DNA of 63,063 nt, filler included, from Octopus bimaculoides (Eukaryota), in the NCBI RefSeq assembly GCF_001194135.2. It is 5 parts of 4 records of this genome, joined end to end, with 100 filler letters (N's around TTAATTAATTAA, not from the genome) between each part and the next. Parts side by side here need not be neighbours in the genome. Positions count along the whole stretch, not along the records: positions 21,332 to 31,621 come from NC_068983.1; positions 31,722 to 52,466 come from NC_069009.1; 3 more parts are not named here. One strand, written 5' to 3'. The position numbers were made by a program, and so were the translations under genes. Under the pieces are notes generated by a model that searched no databases, had not been told where the DNA came from, and worked only from the letters and a program-made list of their open reading frames with translations. Below, one piece after another: positions 27,311 to 39,018 of the stretch (positions within the stretch are counted from its first letter, which is position 1; the number at the start of each line of letters is the position of its first letter).

Positions 27311-27884
27311 GTATGTCAGGTCACTTATGAAGCTCTAATAAGTGCTACTGGTAACATGGAATCCAGAATCCAGTACAAAATGATTGGGTTGTTGGTGACT
27401 AAACTGGCACCCCTACCAGGCTACCTTGGTGAGGAGGGTTGCTAGAAACCCAGCAAGGTTAAAAACAGGATTTGTTAAAAAGTCAGATGAACCTAGTGCA
27501 GGTTCAATGGCTATGTTGCAATAGCATGGCTACGCAGAAATTCTGGGATGGTGTCAGGCATTCTAGAAGACAAGGAATGGCATTGGACATTTTGGGGATC
27601 TTTGGTGCTGCCACATCCCTGAGCCTGTGACTCATATTGGCACCGGACATCTTGCTCTGGCTTGTCTCTGGATAATGTCAGTTGAGTGGAGAGGGTGTAT
27701 GAGGTGTCATACAAGCTTTATTGGACCTAAAACTCTGCACAGGCATTGCTAACTTCTGCTCGATATGTGCTGCTTCTTTTTTTTCTTTCCCTATAAATGT
27801 TTATTTTATTTTCAGTATATATGTATCTTTATTCTTCATATATATTGATTTATTTTTAGTATATATTTATTTTATTTTTATTCA

Positions 27885-30800
27885 GAAATCCTGCAGCTTC
27901 TCCTTGTCGCCCAAGACAGCAATAGGATTTGGTTGCTGCTGCATGGGTGTCAGAACAGCTCCATTTGGAGAGGGCACTGTTCAACCGGAGGTCAAGGAGG
28001 TTCTAGCAAAGGTGAACCAAAAATTGCCTGTCTTTCTATACCCGGTCAGTTTAGCGAGACTGATGAATATCCACCCTGTACTCAAAAAACAAAGAAACTT
28101 TTTTTTACAAAATCTGGATGGAACTTGAACATTTCATGTTGGAATGTGCACACTCTGTTGGATAACAAGAGTGATTGTAGGCCTCAAAGACACACTGCAC
28201 TTGTTGCTCACGAGCTGAACCATTATAACATTGATATAGCTGCACTTTCAGAGACTTGTATAGAAGGTGATGGTCAGCTTGAGGAAGTAGGAGGTGGATA
28301 CACCTTTTTTGGAAGGGGAAGCTAATATCTCTACAATTGCACCTGAAAGGTGGGTGGTTTGCTGTTTTAATAAGTGCCGATGCACCTACTTTGACAAGTT
28401 GTGATGAAGATAAAACTATTTTTTATACCCAGCTGAGAGCCATACTTAGGAAAATCCTCAATTCTGATAAAGTCATTCTACTGTAGGATTTCAATGCCAG
28501 GGTTAGAACAGACTGGCAAACATGGGACTGTCTAGGACATTTTAGTGTAGGGAAAATGAATAGCAATGGTCTCATGCTGCTGGAGCTTTACAATGAACAT
28601 GGACTTTACATTGCAAGCACTCATTTTATGCACAAAGGGGATCACACAATAATGTGGATGCATCTAAGGTTTAAAGTTTGGCACTTGCTTGATTATGTAA
28701 TGTCAAGTCCTTTCATGAATCGGAATACTGGACAAACCACAGTCTGGTGTGAGTAAAGTTCTGGATGATAATTAAAGTGAAAGAGAGAAGAGGGCCAGTT
28801 GGCATTCCTCAGCTTCTGAATGTCCACAAGATATATGATGCTGTGTTGAGGAAAGAGCTTCAGACTCGCTTATCCAGCATTGAAAATACTACAGTATGGG
28901 AAGATATTCAAGACCAGGTTCTTCAATGCGCTGCTGAAATACTGGGATATGCTACTGCCAGACACAAAGACTGGTTTGATGAAAATGATGCTGAAGTTAG
29001 CGACTACTGGTCGTAAAGCACCATGCCCACAATGTATTGCTGCTCAGAGGACTTTTAGCCATGCAATAAAAGCTAGCACGTGCCCACCATAGCAGTGTAA
29101 AATCACTACTGCAGTGATCTCTCAGGAAGATGCAGAACACTTGGCTGGAGGATCTTGCTCATGATGTTCAGGTTGCTGCTGATGCAAATGACAGCAAAAA
29201 GATTTACCATCTTATGAAGCAAGTTTATGGGCCTAAGAGCTCTGCATGAGCTTCTTTGCTTTCCAAGGAGTCTTCTACTCTATGTACTAAATCAACAGAA
29301 ATCGCAGGTCACTGGATTGAAAACTTCTCTGAACTCCTAAACCATGAGTCAGCTGTGGATGAAACAGTGATTGATACTATGCAACAAAGACCTATCATTG
29401 GCTCCTTAAATTCCACTCCCTCAATAGATGAAGTAATGACAGCTATAAGTAAATTGAATCTTAGTAGGGCACCTGGAAGGGATGGAATTTGTGCTGAGGT
29501 CTTACAATTTGGTGGTGATTACATCATACAGTCCCTTCATGAGGGACTGGAGGGACGGGGTAATGCCTAAGGACTGGAAGCATGCAATTATCCTTCCTCT
29601 CTCTAAAGGAAAATGAGCCAGATTAATGTGTGGTAACTACAGAAGTATTGCTCTACTATCAGCTGCTGGCAAGGTTCTGGCAAATATTCTTCTTACCCAC
29701 CTGAATGAGTGTCTCGTAAATGATGTCCTATCTGAATCTCAATGTGGCTTCCGATCTGGTAGGAGGGACAATGGATATGATTTTCACAGTGAGACAAATG
29801 CAGAAGTACTATGAGCAAAATATGGATCTTGTCCAGGTATTTATCGATTTAATCAAAGCCTTTGATACTGTGAATAGGGCCTTGCTATGGAAAATACTTG
29901 GCAAACTTGGATGTCTGGATCACTTTGTATCTTTGTATCTATAATTAAATCATTTCATGATGGAATGGAGGCTTGGGTCAATGTTGGTGGTGGCATGGCG
30001 GGACCCATTCCTGTAGAGAATGGTGTCAAGGAGGGTGACATCCTTGCCCCAACACTCTTTTCTTTGTACTTTGCTACTGCTTTTACTCATGCTTTTGCTA
30101 AGGTTAGCTCTCTGGAAATATATGTCAGGTATTGATCTTCTGGCCACCTCTTTAATCTGCTTCAGTTTGCTGCCAATTCAAAAGTTTTCCAGTCTATTAT
30201 TCATGACCTCCTTTATGCAGATGACTGTGATTTATTCACTCATACAGTGGATGATATGCAAATACTTATGAATTGTATTTCTGCTTCTTGCAAGGCATTT
30301 GAACTCAGCATTAGCCTGGACAAGACGGTTGAAATGTTCTAGCTTGCATCAAGAAATCCATATGTGGAACCAGCTATCTTGGTTGAAGAAACAATACTGA
30401 AAGTGGTAGACAAGTTTGTCTACCTGGGTAGCACACTTAGCCATTCTTGCTCCCTAGATGATGAAATATCTTTCAGGCTGCAGAGAACAACTGATACCAT
30501 CCAGTCTCTCCAGTCTTGTATCTGGTCCCAGCATGGCATCACAAGGCAAACAAAAATTGCTGTGTACCGTGCATGTGTACTGACATCGCTCCTTTACTCA
30601 TGTGAGACATGGACCCTCTACAAATGTCATGTAAAGGTGAATGCTTTCATCTGAGATGTCTGAGACACATTCTGAATGTTGACTGGACCCTAAAAACTCC
30701 AGAGATACAGGTCCTGAGGAAAGTTGATATCTTGAGTATTGAGGCGATGGTGCACAGGCACTGGTTACACTGGACTGGACACCTTAAACAGATGCAATAT

Positions 30801-30925
30801 GAGGAACTTAGTGGAAAGAGACCCCAGCTCATTAGCTACCAATGTAGCCACAAATGTGAAATATAAGTTACTCCTAGAGTGCACAATGTTCCTAATGATC
30901 AGCAATGGTCATCCTCAGTCATGAG
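27885..30925 (+). mobile_element. Near full-length decayed RTE (BovB-like) LINE, APE endonuclease plus RT
   Basis: CWNVHTLLD...AHELNHYNIDIAALSET (APE); NYRSIALLS, SQCGFRSGR, FIDLIKAFDTVNR, LYADD-like region (RT); SCETWTLY; many stops. Confidence 0.9.
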
Positions 30926-31098
30926 TGGATGGCCATAATATGCATATGTATGTGTGTGTGTGTATATATATATGTATGTATGTATGTATATATATATATA
31001 TGAGTGTGTGTATATATGTATGTATATATATATAAATCTATCTATTATATATATACATATACATACATATATGTATGTATATATATGTTTGTGTATAC

Positions 31099-31134
<36 letters not shown>

Positions 31135-31452
31135 ATATGTATGTATATTTATCTATCTATCTATCTATTTATATATTTATATAAATAAGGATAAGATCGA
31201 TATTTAAAATATTGATTTTATCAAGTGGCCAGCATGGGAATAAAAACCTTCAAAGGTAATAATTATTTAAAATTATAATACAGGGTATCTAAGAGATACC
31301 GCCACGCTGAAAAATTAGCAGTCAAATCTTGACTCTAAACCACAATAAATGTTCATATAGCACAAGGAGCGAAGACGAAAACAAAATAAACTAGTAAAAA
31401 TAACTGGATTGTATGTTTATATATATATATTTGTATTTATGTGCTTGAGTAT

Positions 31453-31511
31453 ATTCCACCGATGAAGGCAAAGCATTTATTATGCAAAGCCAGAAATCCG
31501 GGATCTGGAAT
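31453..31511 (+). ncRNA. Type I hammerhead-like motif (core C-C-G-A-T-G-A variant)
   Basis: Helix I attcca/tggaat; CCGATGA; helix II GGC..GCC plus gcat/atgc; GAAA-TCCGGGAT near-palindromic helix III; ATC triplet ending 31505. Confidence 0.6.
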
Positions 31512-31721
31512 TATCCAGTTATTTTTACTATTTTATTTTGTCTTCGTCTTCGCTCTTTTGTGCTATATGAACATTTATTGTGGTTTAGAGTCAAGATTTG
31601 ACTGCTATTTTTCAGCGTGGTNNNNNNNNNNNNNNNNNNNNNNNNNNNNNNNNNNNNNNNNNNNNTTAATTAATTAANNNNNNNNNNNNNNNNNNNNNNN
31701 NNNNNNNNNNNNNNNNNNNNN

Positions 31722-31749
31722 CGGTTGTCAAGCAATGCTAGGGGGGCAA

Positions 31750-31788
<39 letters not shown>

Positions 31789-31950
31789 CATATATACGAC
31801 GGGCTTCTTTCAGTTTCCGTCTACCAAATCCACTCACAAGGCTTTGGTCGGTCTGAGGCTATAGTAGAAGACACTTGCCCAAGGTGCCACGCAGTGGGAC
31901 TGAACCCGGAATCATGTGGTTGGTAAGCAAGCTTCTTAACACACAGCCAC
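31722..31950 (-). mobile_element. SINE family A, 5' half (rest in gap)
   Basis: Reverse complement of family A head and middle. Confidence 0.8.
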
Positions 31951-32456
31951 TTCTGCTGGTAAATTTTAAATAATTTTTTTTTTTTTTATTATTGCAAAAT
32001 AATGAAGCTTTAACCATGTCTTATTGCAAACCGCATTTATAAATAGAGCGTCAGCGATGTACGCTAAACATCGCCAAATTGTATTCATAAATTTAGATTA
32101 CTTTTCTTCTGACAGCACTGTATTAGAAAATAAAAGTTGCTTATAACCCATGAATAGGGTTTTATTAACCATGTATTATTGAAAATGCATTCATAAATAA
32201 AATACAGAACTGGGAATGGTTAATATCGGTAATTCGGCATAGCCTAGTCACGCCTAGAGACAAGTTAATTCGACTTAAGTCGTGTTTCCTGGAACCAGTT
32301 AACGACGTAGGGTGAAGTATGCCTGTTTATATTAAAAGTGGGGAAGGCCGGTTTATCCGATATTCCATAATGTAGGCTGATCCTATAAACCGGTCTTCCT
32401 CACTTTTAATATATACTGCTTTACATCTTCTCCGGATTTGTTTTCTAAAAACCATA

Positions 32457-32539
<83 letters not shown>

Positions 32540-32916
32540 GAAATGGAAAAACAAAAACAATAAATTGAACAATTATAAGTTCAATTTAATTGAAATATTT
32601 TATACAAACAGACAGATAAGCGAAACGAGACAGAAACAGACAAATAATATAGAAGACAATTCATAACTTACTAGGAATAACTTTCCTAACACATACTTCC
32701 TAAGCAGACAGGGGTACTTCAATGGATAGCAACGTGGCATAGTTTCCAACAATGCCAAGTTTAATAGTTACAGTAAGTGTTGTAGTAAGAGGAGTGGTTT
32801 GTGTTGTAGTGGCAGAGGCCTAGTTTATTGTAATGTGAAGAATAGCTCCGTCGTCGGGTATGCGACAGATCACTGAAGTAAAAGTGAAGAATAGCGTCGT
32901 TGTTGATTTTGCATAT

Positions 32917-33345
32917 AAAGGCGCGTGGCTTAGTGGTTAGGGGTATTCGGCTCACGAATACCCCTTAGGTCGTGAGTTCGATTCCTGGCGGCGTTTTGTG
33001 TCCTTGAGCCAGACACTTTATCTGACGTTGCCAAAAATGAGTTCTACCTCCTAATTCAAAGGCCCGTCTCGTCATATTCTGTATCGTGCTGAATCTCCCC
33101 GAAGAGTGCGTAAAGGGTACGCATGTCTGTGGAGTACTCAGCCACTTGTACGATAATTTCACGTTGATCGGATCACCTGTTATTTCACGTTGCTCCAGTC
33201 CACTCAGCTGCAAAAATGAGATATACTTGTATTTCAAAGGGGCCAGCCTTGTCCCATTCTGTGTCACGCTGAATCTCCCTGGGAACTACAGTAAGGGTAC
33301 GCGTATCTGTGGAGTACTCAGCCACTTACACATTAATTTCACCGC
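32917..33345 (+). mobile_element. tRNA-derived SINE family C with internal duplication
   Basis: A box tggcttagtgg, B box gagttcgattcc; segment gctgaatctccc...cagccactt occurs twice. Confidence 0.75.
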
Positions 33346-33395
33346 CGTTGCTGGTGAAATAAACAGATGCCTTTTATAATATCAGTGTGTGTGTG

Positions 33396-33739
33396 TGTTC
33401 AGGTATGACTGTGCAGTAGCAAGTTTGCTTCCCAGCTACATGGTTCCGGGTTCAGTCTCACTGCGTGGCACCTTGAGCAAGAGACTTCTACTATAGCCTG
33501 GAGTCAACTAAGGCCTTGTGAGTGGATTAGGCAGGCAGAAACTGAAAGAGGCCCGTATTCTTTTATTCTTTCAATAGGCCGTGCTGGAGCACCGCCTTTA
33601 GTAGAACAAATCGACCCCAGGACCTGTTCTTTGCAAGCCGAGTACTTATTCTATCAGGCTATGTGCTGAACCGCTACGTTACGGGGACGTAAATACACCA
33701 ACATCGGTTGTCAAGCGATGGTGATGGGGACAAGCATAG

Positions 33740-33785
<46 letters not shown>

Positions 33786-34040
33786 CTGTATACGACAGGC
33801 TTCTTTCAGTTTCCGTCTACCAAATCCACTCCCAAGGCTTTGGCCGGCCCGAGGCTATAGCAGAAGATACTTGCCTAAGGTGCCACGCAGTAGGACTGAA
33901 CCCGGGATATTGTGCATGTGCTTGTTCCTCACCACACGATACTACCGGTATCGGTGTGTTTACGTCCCCGTAACTTCGCAATAGGACCCAATAGAATAAG
34001 GACAAGGCTTAAAAAAGTCAGTACTGGGATCGACTCACCT
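33396..34040. mobile_element. Cluster of rearranged SINE family A fragments in both orientations
   Basis: Plus 5' half ~33396-33556, minus copy ~33557-33905, plus 3' piece ~33940-34040. Confidence 0.7.
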
Positions 34041-34221
34041 AACTAAAAAGCTACATTACCAAACGATGCACATTCGCGAGTGACATCCGTACATATTCGT
34101 TAGGGACGTCTTGCCCACGCTTTCGCATACAAATGGAGATCGAACACTCTGTCTCTGTTTCTCCCTGCTTTTCTCTGCTTCTATCTTACTGTCACTCTTT
34201 CTGTTTCTCTATATCTCTTTC

Positions 34222-34433
34222 GGATCGTTTTGGTTTGACGGGCAACACTTGTGATTGGTTGAAATTACCGAAATACGACAATTTGTTTACATGAAATAAC
34301 TTCGAATACAAAATTTTTTATCTGTTCTATAACACAAAATATACCCAGTATTCGAAGTTTGAAAGTGTTTCGGTACCAAAAACACTACATAAAACATAAA
34401 TGAAAAATGTTGCCCGTCAAACCAAAAGGATCC
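34222..34433. mobile_element. MITE with 26-bp TIR and 8-bp target-site duplication (hAT-type geometry)
   Basis: TIR GGATC.TTTTGGTTTGACGGGCAACA; tctctttc duplicated at 34214-34221 and 34434-34441. Confidence 0.8.
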
Positions 34434-35143
34434 TCTCTTTCTTTCTATCTCTGTTCCTTTTTTCTTCTGTCCCTCTCNNNNNNNNNNNNNNNNNNNNNNN
34501 NNNNNNNNNNNNNNNNNNNNNNNNNNNNNNNNNNNNNNNNNNNNNNNNNNNNNNNNNNNNNNNNNNNNNNNNNNNNNNNNNNNNNNNNNNNNNNNNNNNN
34601 NNNNNNNNNNNNNNNNNNNNNNNNNNNNNNNNNNNNNNNNNNNNNNNNNNNNNNNNNNNNNNNNNNNNNNNNNNNNNNNNNNNNNNNNNNNNNNNNNNNN
34701 NNNNNNNNNNNNNNNNNNNNNNNNNNNNNNNNNNNNNNNNNNNNNNNNNNNNNNNNNNNNNNNNNNNNNNNNNNNNNNNNNNNNNNNNNNNNNNNNNNNN
34801 NNNNNNNNNNNNNNNNNNNNNNNNNNNNNNNNNNNNNNNNNNNNNNNNNNNNNNNNNNNNNNNNNNNNNNNNNNNNNNNNNNNNNNNNNNNNNNNNNNNN
34901 NNNNNNNNNNNNNNNNNNNNNNNNNNNNNNNNNNNNNNNNNNNNNNNNNNNNNNNNNNNNNNNNNNNNNNNNNNNNNNNNNNNNNNNNNNNNNNNNNNNN
35001 NNNNNNNNNNNNNNNNNNNNNNNNNNNNCCTGAAGCCGGCCGGCCGCATGCTTGTTCTTAATTTCAAAATAAAATTGTTTGTGTAAAACATTTGTTTCAG
35101 AATAAATTTTAAATTCATTTATTGCAATAAAGCAATAGCCTAC

Positions 35144-35308
35144 AAGGCGCAGGAGTGGCTGTGTGGTAAGTAGCTTGCTCGCCAACCACATAGTTCCAGG
35201 TTCAGTCCCACTGCGTGGCACCTTGGGAAAGTGTCTTCTCCTATAGCCTCGGCTCAACCAAAGCTTTCTGAGTGGATTTGGTAGACGGAAACTGAAAGAA
35301 GCCCGTCG
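35144..35308 (+). mobile_element. SINE family A 5' half
   Basis: ggcgcaggagtggctgtgtggtaag...gaagcccgtcg then (TA)n. Confidence 0.8.
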
Positions 35309-35479
35309 TATATATATATATATATATATACAAGAATAAGAGGAATGACCAGCAAAAGCGCGACAGATTTGAAGACATTTGATGAGATACACTGAGTGTA
35401 ATGCACGGAGATGTACACGTGTTCACCTACGGGTGGATGGCTTGTGTCTAGCTCGATGTGTTACATTCTAAAATAGACA

Positions 35480-35550
35480 AATTTACGCTGATGATCCCGC
35501 AGATATTTACTTATGTAAATGTTAACAGGTGAAACCATGGTACGTAAATT
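35480..35550 (+). ncRNA. Type I hammerhead ribozyme motif, copy 1 in a tandem 521-bp unit
   Basis: Helix I aatttacg/cgtaaatt (8 bp); core CTGATGA (35488-35494); extended helix II; GAAAC; palindromic helix III ACCATGGT; GTA cleavage triplet ending 35542. Confidence 0.8.
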
Positions 35551-36001
35551 AATCGTATTTTAGTATTTTTTCATTTGTCTTACTCATTTATAGTCTGTTG
35601 TGTCGCTGATTTTTCTACTGAGAACACTTTTTCATGGTTGGATGATTCGGCATCTATTTCTAGCATTCAGGAATCCACATTTGCTGGTCATTCCTCTTAT
35701 TCTTGTATGTAATATAATTCTAATCTTCGGATTTTTCAATATGCTAGACCACTGGTTTTAATTGATCAATATCAATTTTCTACCCTCATTAATAAATTTT
35801 AAATAAATAATACATGTTCTCCAACCGGTTAAATTAACTGCAGAAAATCATTAACTGCAGAATTATTTTCCGGACCTAGCGCGCCAGATTTGAAGACATT
35901 TGAAGAGATACACTGAGTGTAATGCACGGAGCTCTACACGTGTTCACCTACGGGTGGATGGCTTGTGTCTAGCTCTGTGTGTTACATTCTAAAAGAGACA
36001 G

Positions 36002-36070
36002 ATTTACGCTGATGATCCCGCAGATATTTACTTATGTAAATGTTAACAGGTGAAACCATGGTACGTAAAT
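36002..36070 (+). ncRNA. Type I hammerhead ribozyme motif, copy 2
   Basis: Same motif 521 bp downstream; core and helices II/III identical to copy 1; GTA ends 36063. Confidence 0.8.
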
Positions 36071-37292
36071 TAATCGTATTTTAGTATTTTTTCATTTGTC
36101 TTACTCATTTACAGTCTGTTGTTGTCGCTGATTTTTTCTACTGAGAACATACTTTTTCGTGGTTGGATGATTCGGCATCTATTTCTAGCATTCAGGAATC
36201 CACATTTGCTGGTCATTCCTCTTATTCTTGTATGTAATATAATTCTAATCTTCGGATTTTTTAATATGCTAGACCACTGGTTTTAATTGATCAATATNNN
36301 NNNNNNNNNNNNNNNNNNNNNNNNNNNNNNNNNNNNNNNNNNNNNNNNNNNNNNNNNNNNNNNNNNNNNNNNNNNNNNNNNNNNNNNNNNNNNNNNNNNN
36401 NNNNNNNNNNNNNNNNNNNNNNNNNNNNNNNNNNNNNNNNNNNNNNNNNNNNNNNNNNNNNNNNNNNNNNNNNNNNNNNNNNNNNNNNNNNNNNNNNNNN
36501 NNNNNNNNNNNNNNNNNNNNNNNNNNNNNNNNNNNNNNNNNNNNNNNNNNNNNNNNNNNNNNNNNNNNNNNNNNNNNNNNNNNNNNNNNNNNNNNNNNNN
36601 NNNNNNNNNNNNNNNNNNNNNNNNNNNNNNNNNNNNNNNNNNNNNNNNNNNNNNNNNNNNNNNNNNNNNNNNNNNNNNNNNNNNNNNNNNNNNNNNNNNN
36701 NNNNNNNNNNNNNNNNNNNNNNNNNNNNNNNNNNNNNNNNNNNNNNNNNNNNNNNNNNNNNNNNNNNNNNNNNNNNNNNNNNNNNNNNNNNNNNNNNNNN
36801 NNNNNNNNNNNNNNNNNNNNNNNNNNNNNNNNNNNNNNNNNNNNNNNNNNNNNNNNNNNNNNNNNNNNNNNNNNNNNNNNNNNNNNNNNNNNNNNNNNNN
36901 NNNNNNNNNNNNNNNNNNNNNNNNNNNNNNNNNNNNNNNNNNNNNNNNNNNNNNNNNNNNNNNNNNNNNNNNNNNNNNNNNNNNNNNNNNNNNNNNNNNN
37001 NNNNNNNNNNNNNNNNNNNNNNNNNNNNNNNNNNNNNNNNNNNNNGTTGGTGTTTTTTTTTGGGGGGGGGGGTTAAAAATACTTTTATTTTTGGATGTAA
37101 ACTGTCAAATTTAGGTCAAACACGCGTTGGTTTGGCCCTCGCAGAAGCAACAGGAGCTACTCAAGAGTTTTGCAAGATCTTCTAAATCATTTGCGATGCT
37201 GGAAACCCTTCTGCATCGTCAGCAGGTAGTTTCTGATTCCGTGCCTATTTCCTTGATGGCTCATCCATCTGTCTGTCTGTCTGTCTATCTAT

Positions 37293-37657
37293 TGGCTGTG
37301 TGGTAAGTGGTTTGCTTACTAACCACATGGTTCCGGGTTCAGTCCCACTGCGTGGCACTTTAGGCAAGTGTCTTCTACTATAGCCTCGGGCCGACCAAAG
37401 CCTTGTGAGTGGATTTGGTAGACGGAAACTGAAAGAAGCCCGTCGTATATGTCTGTGTATGTGCTTGTGTTTGTCCCCCCACCATCGCTTGACAACCGAT
37501 GCTGGTGTGTTTATGTCCCCGTAACTTAGCGGTTCGGCAAAAGAAACCGATAGAATAAGTACTAGGCTTACAAAGAATAAGTCCTGGGGTCGATTTGCTC
37601 GACTAAAGGCGGTGCTCCAGCATGGCCGCAGTCAAATGACTGAAACAAGTAAAAGAG
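37293..37657 (+). mobile_element. SINE family A full copy
   Basis: Near-identical to the copy at 50222-50611. Confidence 0.9.
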
Positions 37658-37733
37658 TATATCTTGGTATTTACAGCTTCAGTAATATATATTAATTACC
37701 ATCTTTAATATAGATGGCAAATTTAATATATAT

Positions 37734-38160
37734 ATGGGATGGTCACGGCTGGGATGCCTTTGATCACAGGTCTGTCTGACCTGGTGCTAAACAACGACAA
37801 CAGCAATTATAACCACTAATACTAACTACCATACTGTACATTGGATAATGTAGTCCTAGATACACTATGCCTGAATAAAAGATGGGATGGTCACAGCTGG
37901 GACATCTTTGAACATAGGTCTGTCTGGATCCCTAATACTAACTACTATACTATACATTGGATGATGTAGTCCTAGATACACTATGCCTGAATAAAAGATG
38001 GGATGGTCACAGGTGGAACGTCTCTGATCATAGGTCTGTCTGGATCCCTAATACTAACTACTATACTATACATTGGATGATGTAGTCCTAGATACACTAT
38101 GCCTGAATAAATGACTGGATGGTCACAAATGAAACGTCTTCGATCGTAGGTTTCTGTGGA
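37734..38160. repeat. Tandem ~110-bp repeat, 3-4 diverging copies
   Basis: Recurring tacattgga.atgtagtcctagatacactatgcctgaataaa...gatggtcac. Confidence 0.85.
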
Positions 38161-38975
38161 TCAGGACGAACCTTGGGTTAAACAGCAAAAACAAGAAGGA
38201 GAAGAACAACAAAACCAATAAAATCCAGAATTGAATTTATTTTCCTAATTATTCAATTACAGACCATTTCATGATTCACTTGCATAATACTAATAATGAT
38301 AATAATAATAATAATAATAATAATCGCACTGGTTTCTAATTTTTGACACAAAGCTAGCAATTTTGGTGAGAAAGGGAGTGGGTCGTTAGTCGATGATATC
38401 AACTGCACTACTTTGCTGGAACCTTTATTTTGCCATGTATACATACATATATCATCATCATCATAATCATCGTTTAACGTCCGCCTTCCATGCTAGCATG
38501 GGTTGGACGATTTGACTGAGGACTGGTGAAACCGGATGGCAACACCAGGCTCCAGTCTGGATTAAGTGAAGTAATTAGTGCAAGATCTAAGGGAGTAGGT
38601 GATGGACAAGGAAGTAAATGACATCACCACCATCAACATCATCCTCCTTTAATGTTAGTTTTCCATGCTGGCAAGATGGAGAGCTGCACCAGGCTCCAGT
38701 CTGATTTGGCAAATATTAGGGATAAAAATCCAAATTTACAGGTAAAAACCCAATTAAATTCAAGTTCATGAACCTTGGTTCTTTTCCCTATATATATATA
38801 TATATATATAAAGTAGTTATATACTGCCAACTTAAAGTGACAGTCCCAACAAGGGAATATACAACTGCCGTTTAGCCCTAGGAAGCCAGACCGCTTCCTA
38901 TTAGGCCTTGACACGTTTCCTGTGCACTTATTCTTAAGAGGGGGAGAGAAACTCCTCCACCCAGCCTACCCTGCA

Positions 38976-39018
38976 TTCAGGGACATGTTTCTGAGTCTTT
39001 GCTCGTCATCAGCCTGAA
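38976..39018 (-). ncRNA. Minimal type I hammerhead motif
   Basis: Minus strand ttcagg-CTGATGA-c-gag-caaaga-ctc-a-GAAAC-AT-GTC-cctgaa; 6-bp helix I, palindromic helix III ACATGT. Confidence 0.7.

Larger units (their letters stand above)
35357..36297 (+). repeat. Tandem 521-bp hammerhead-bearing repeat (retrozyme / PLE pseudo-LTR-like)
   Basis: Unit starts at 35357 and 35878; roughly 96% identical by eye with scattered substitutions and indels; second copy runs into an N gap. Confidence 0.85.

Noticed and set aside
37170-37230. Minus-strand CTGACGA-tgc...gca motif
   Set aside because: No GAAA in register and no helix I partner.
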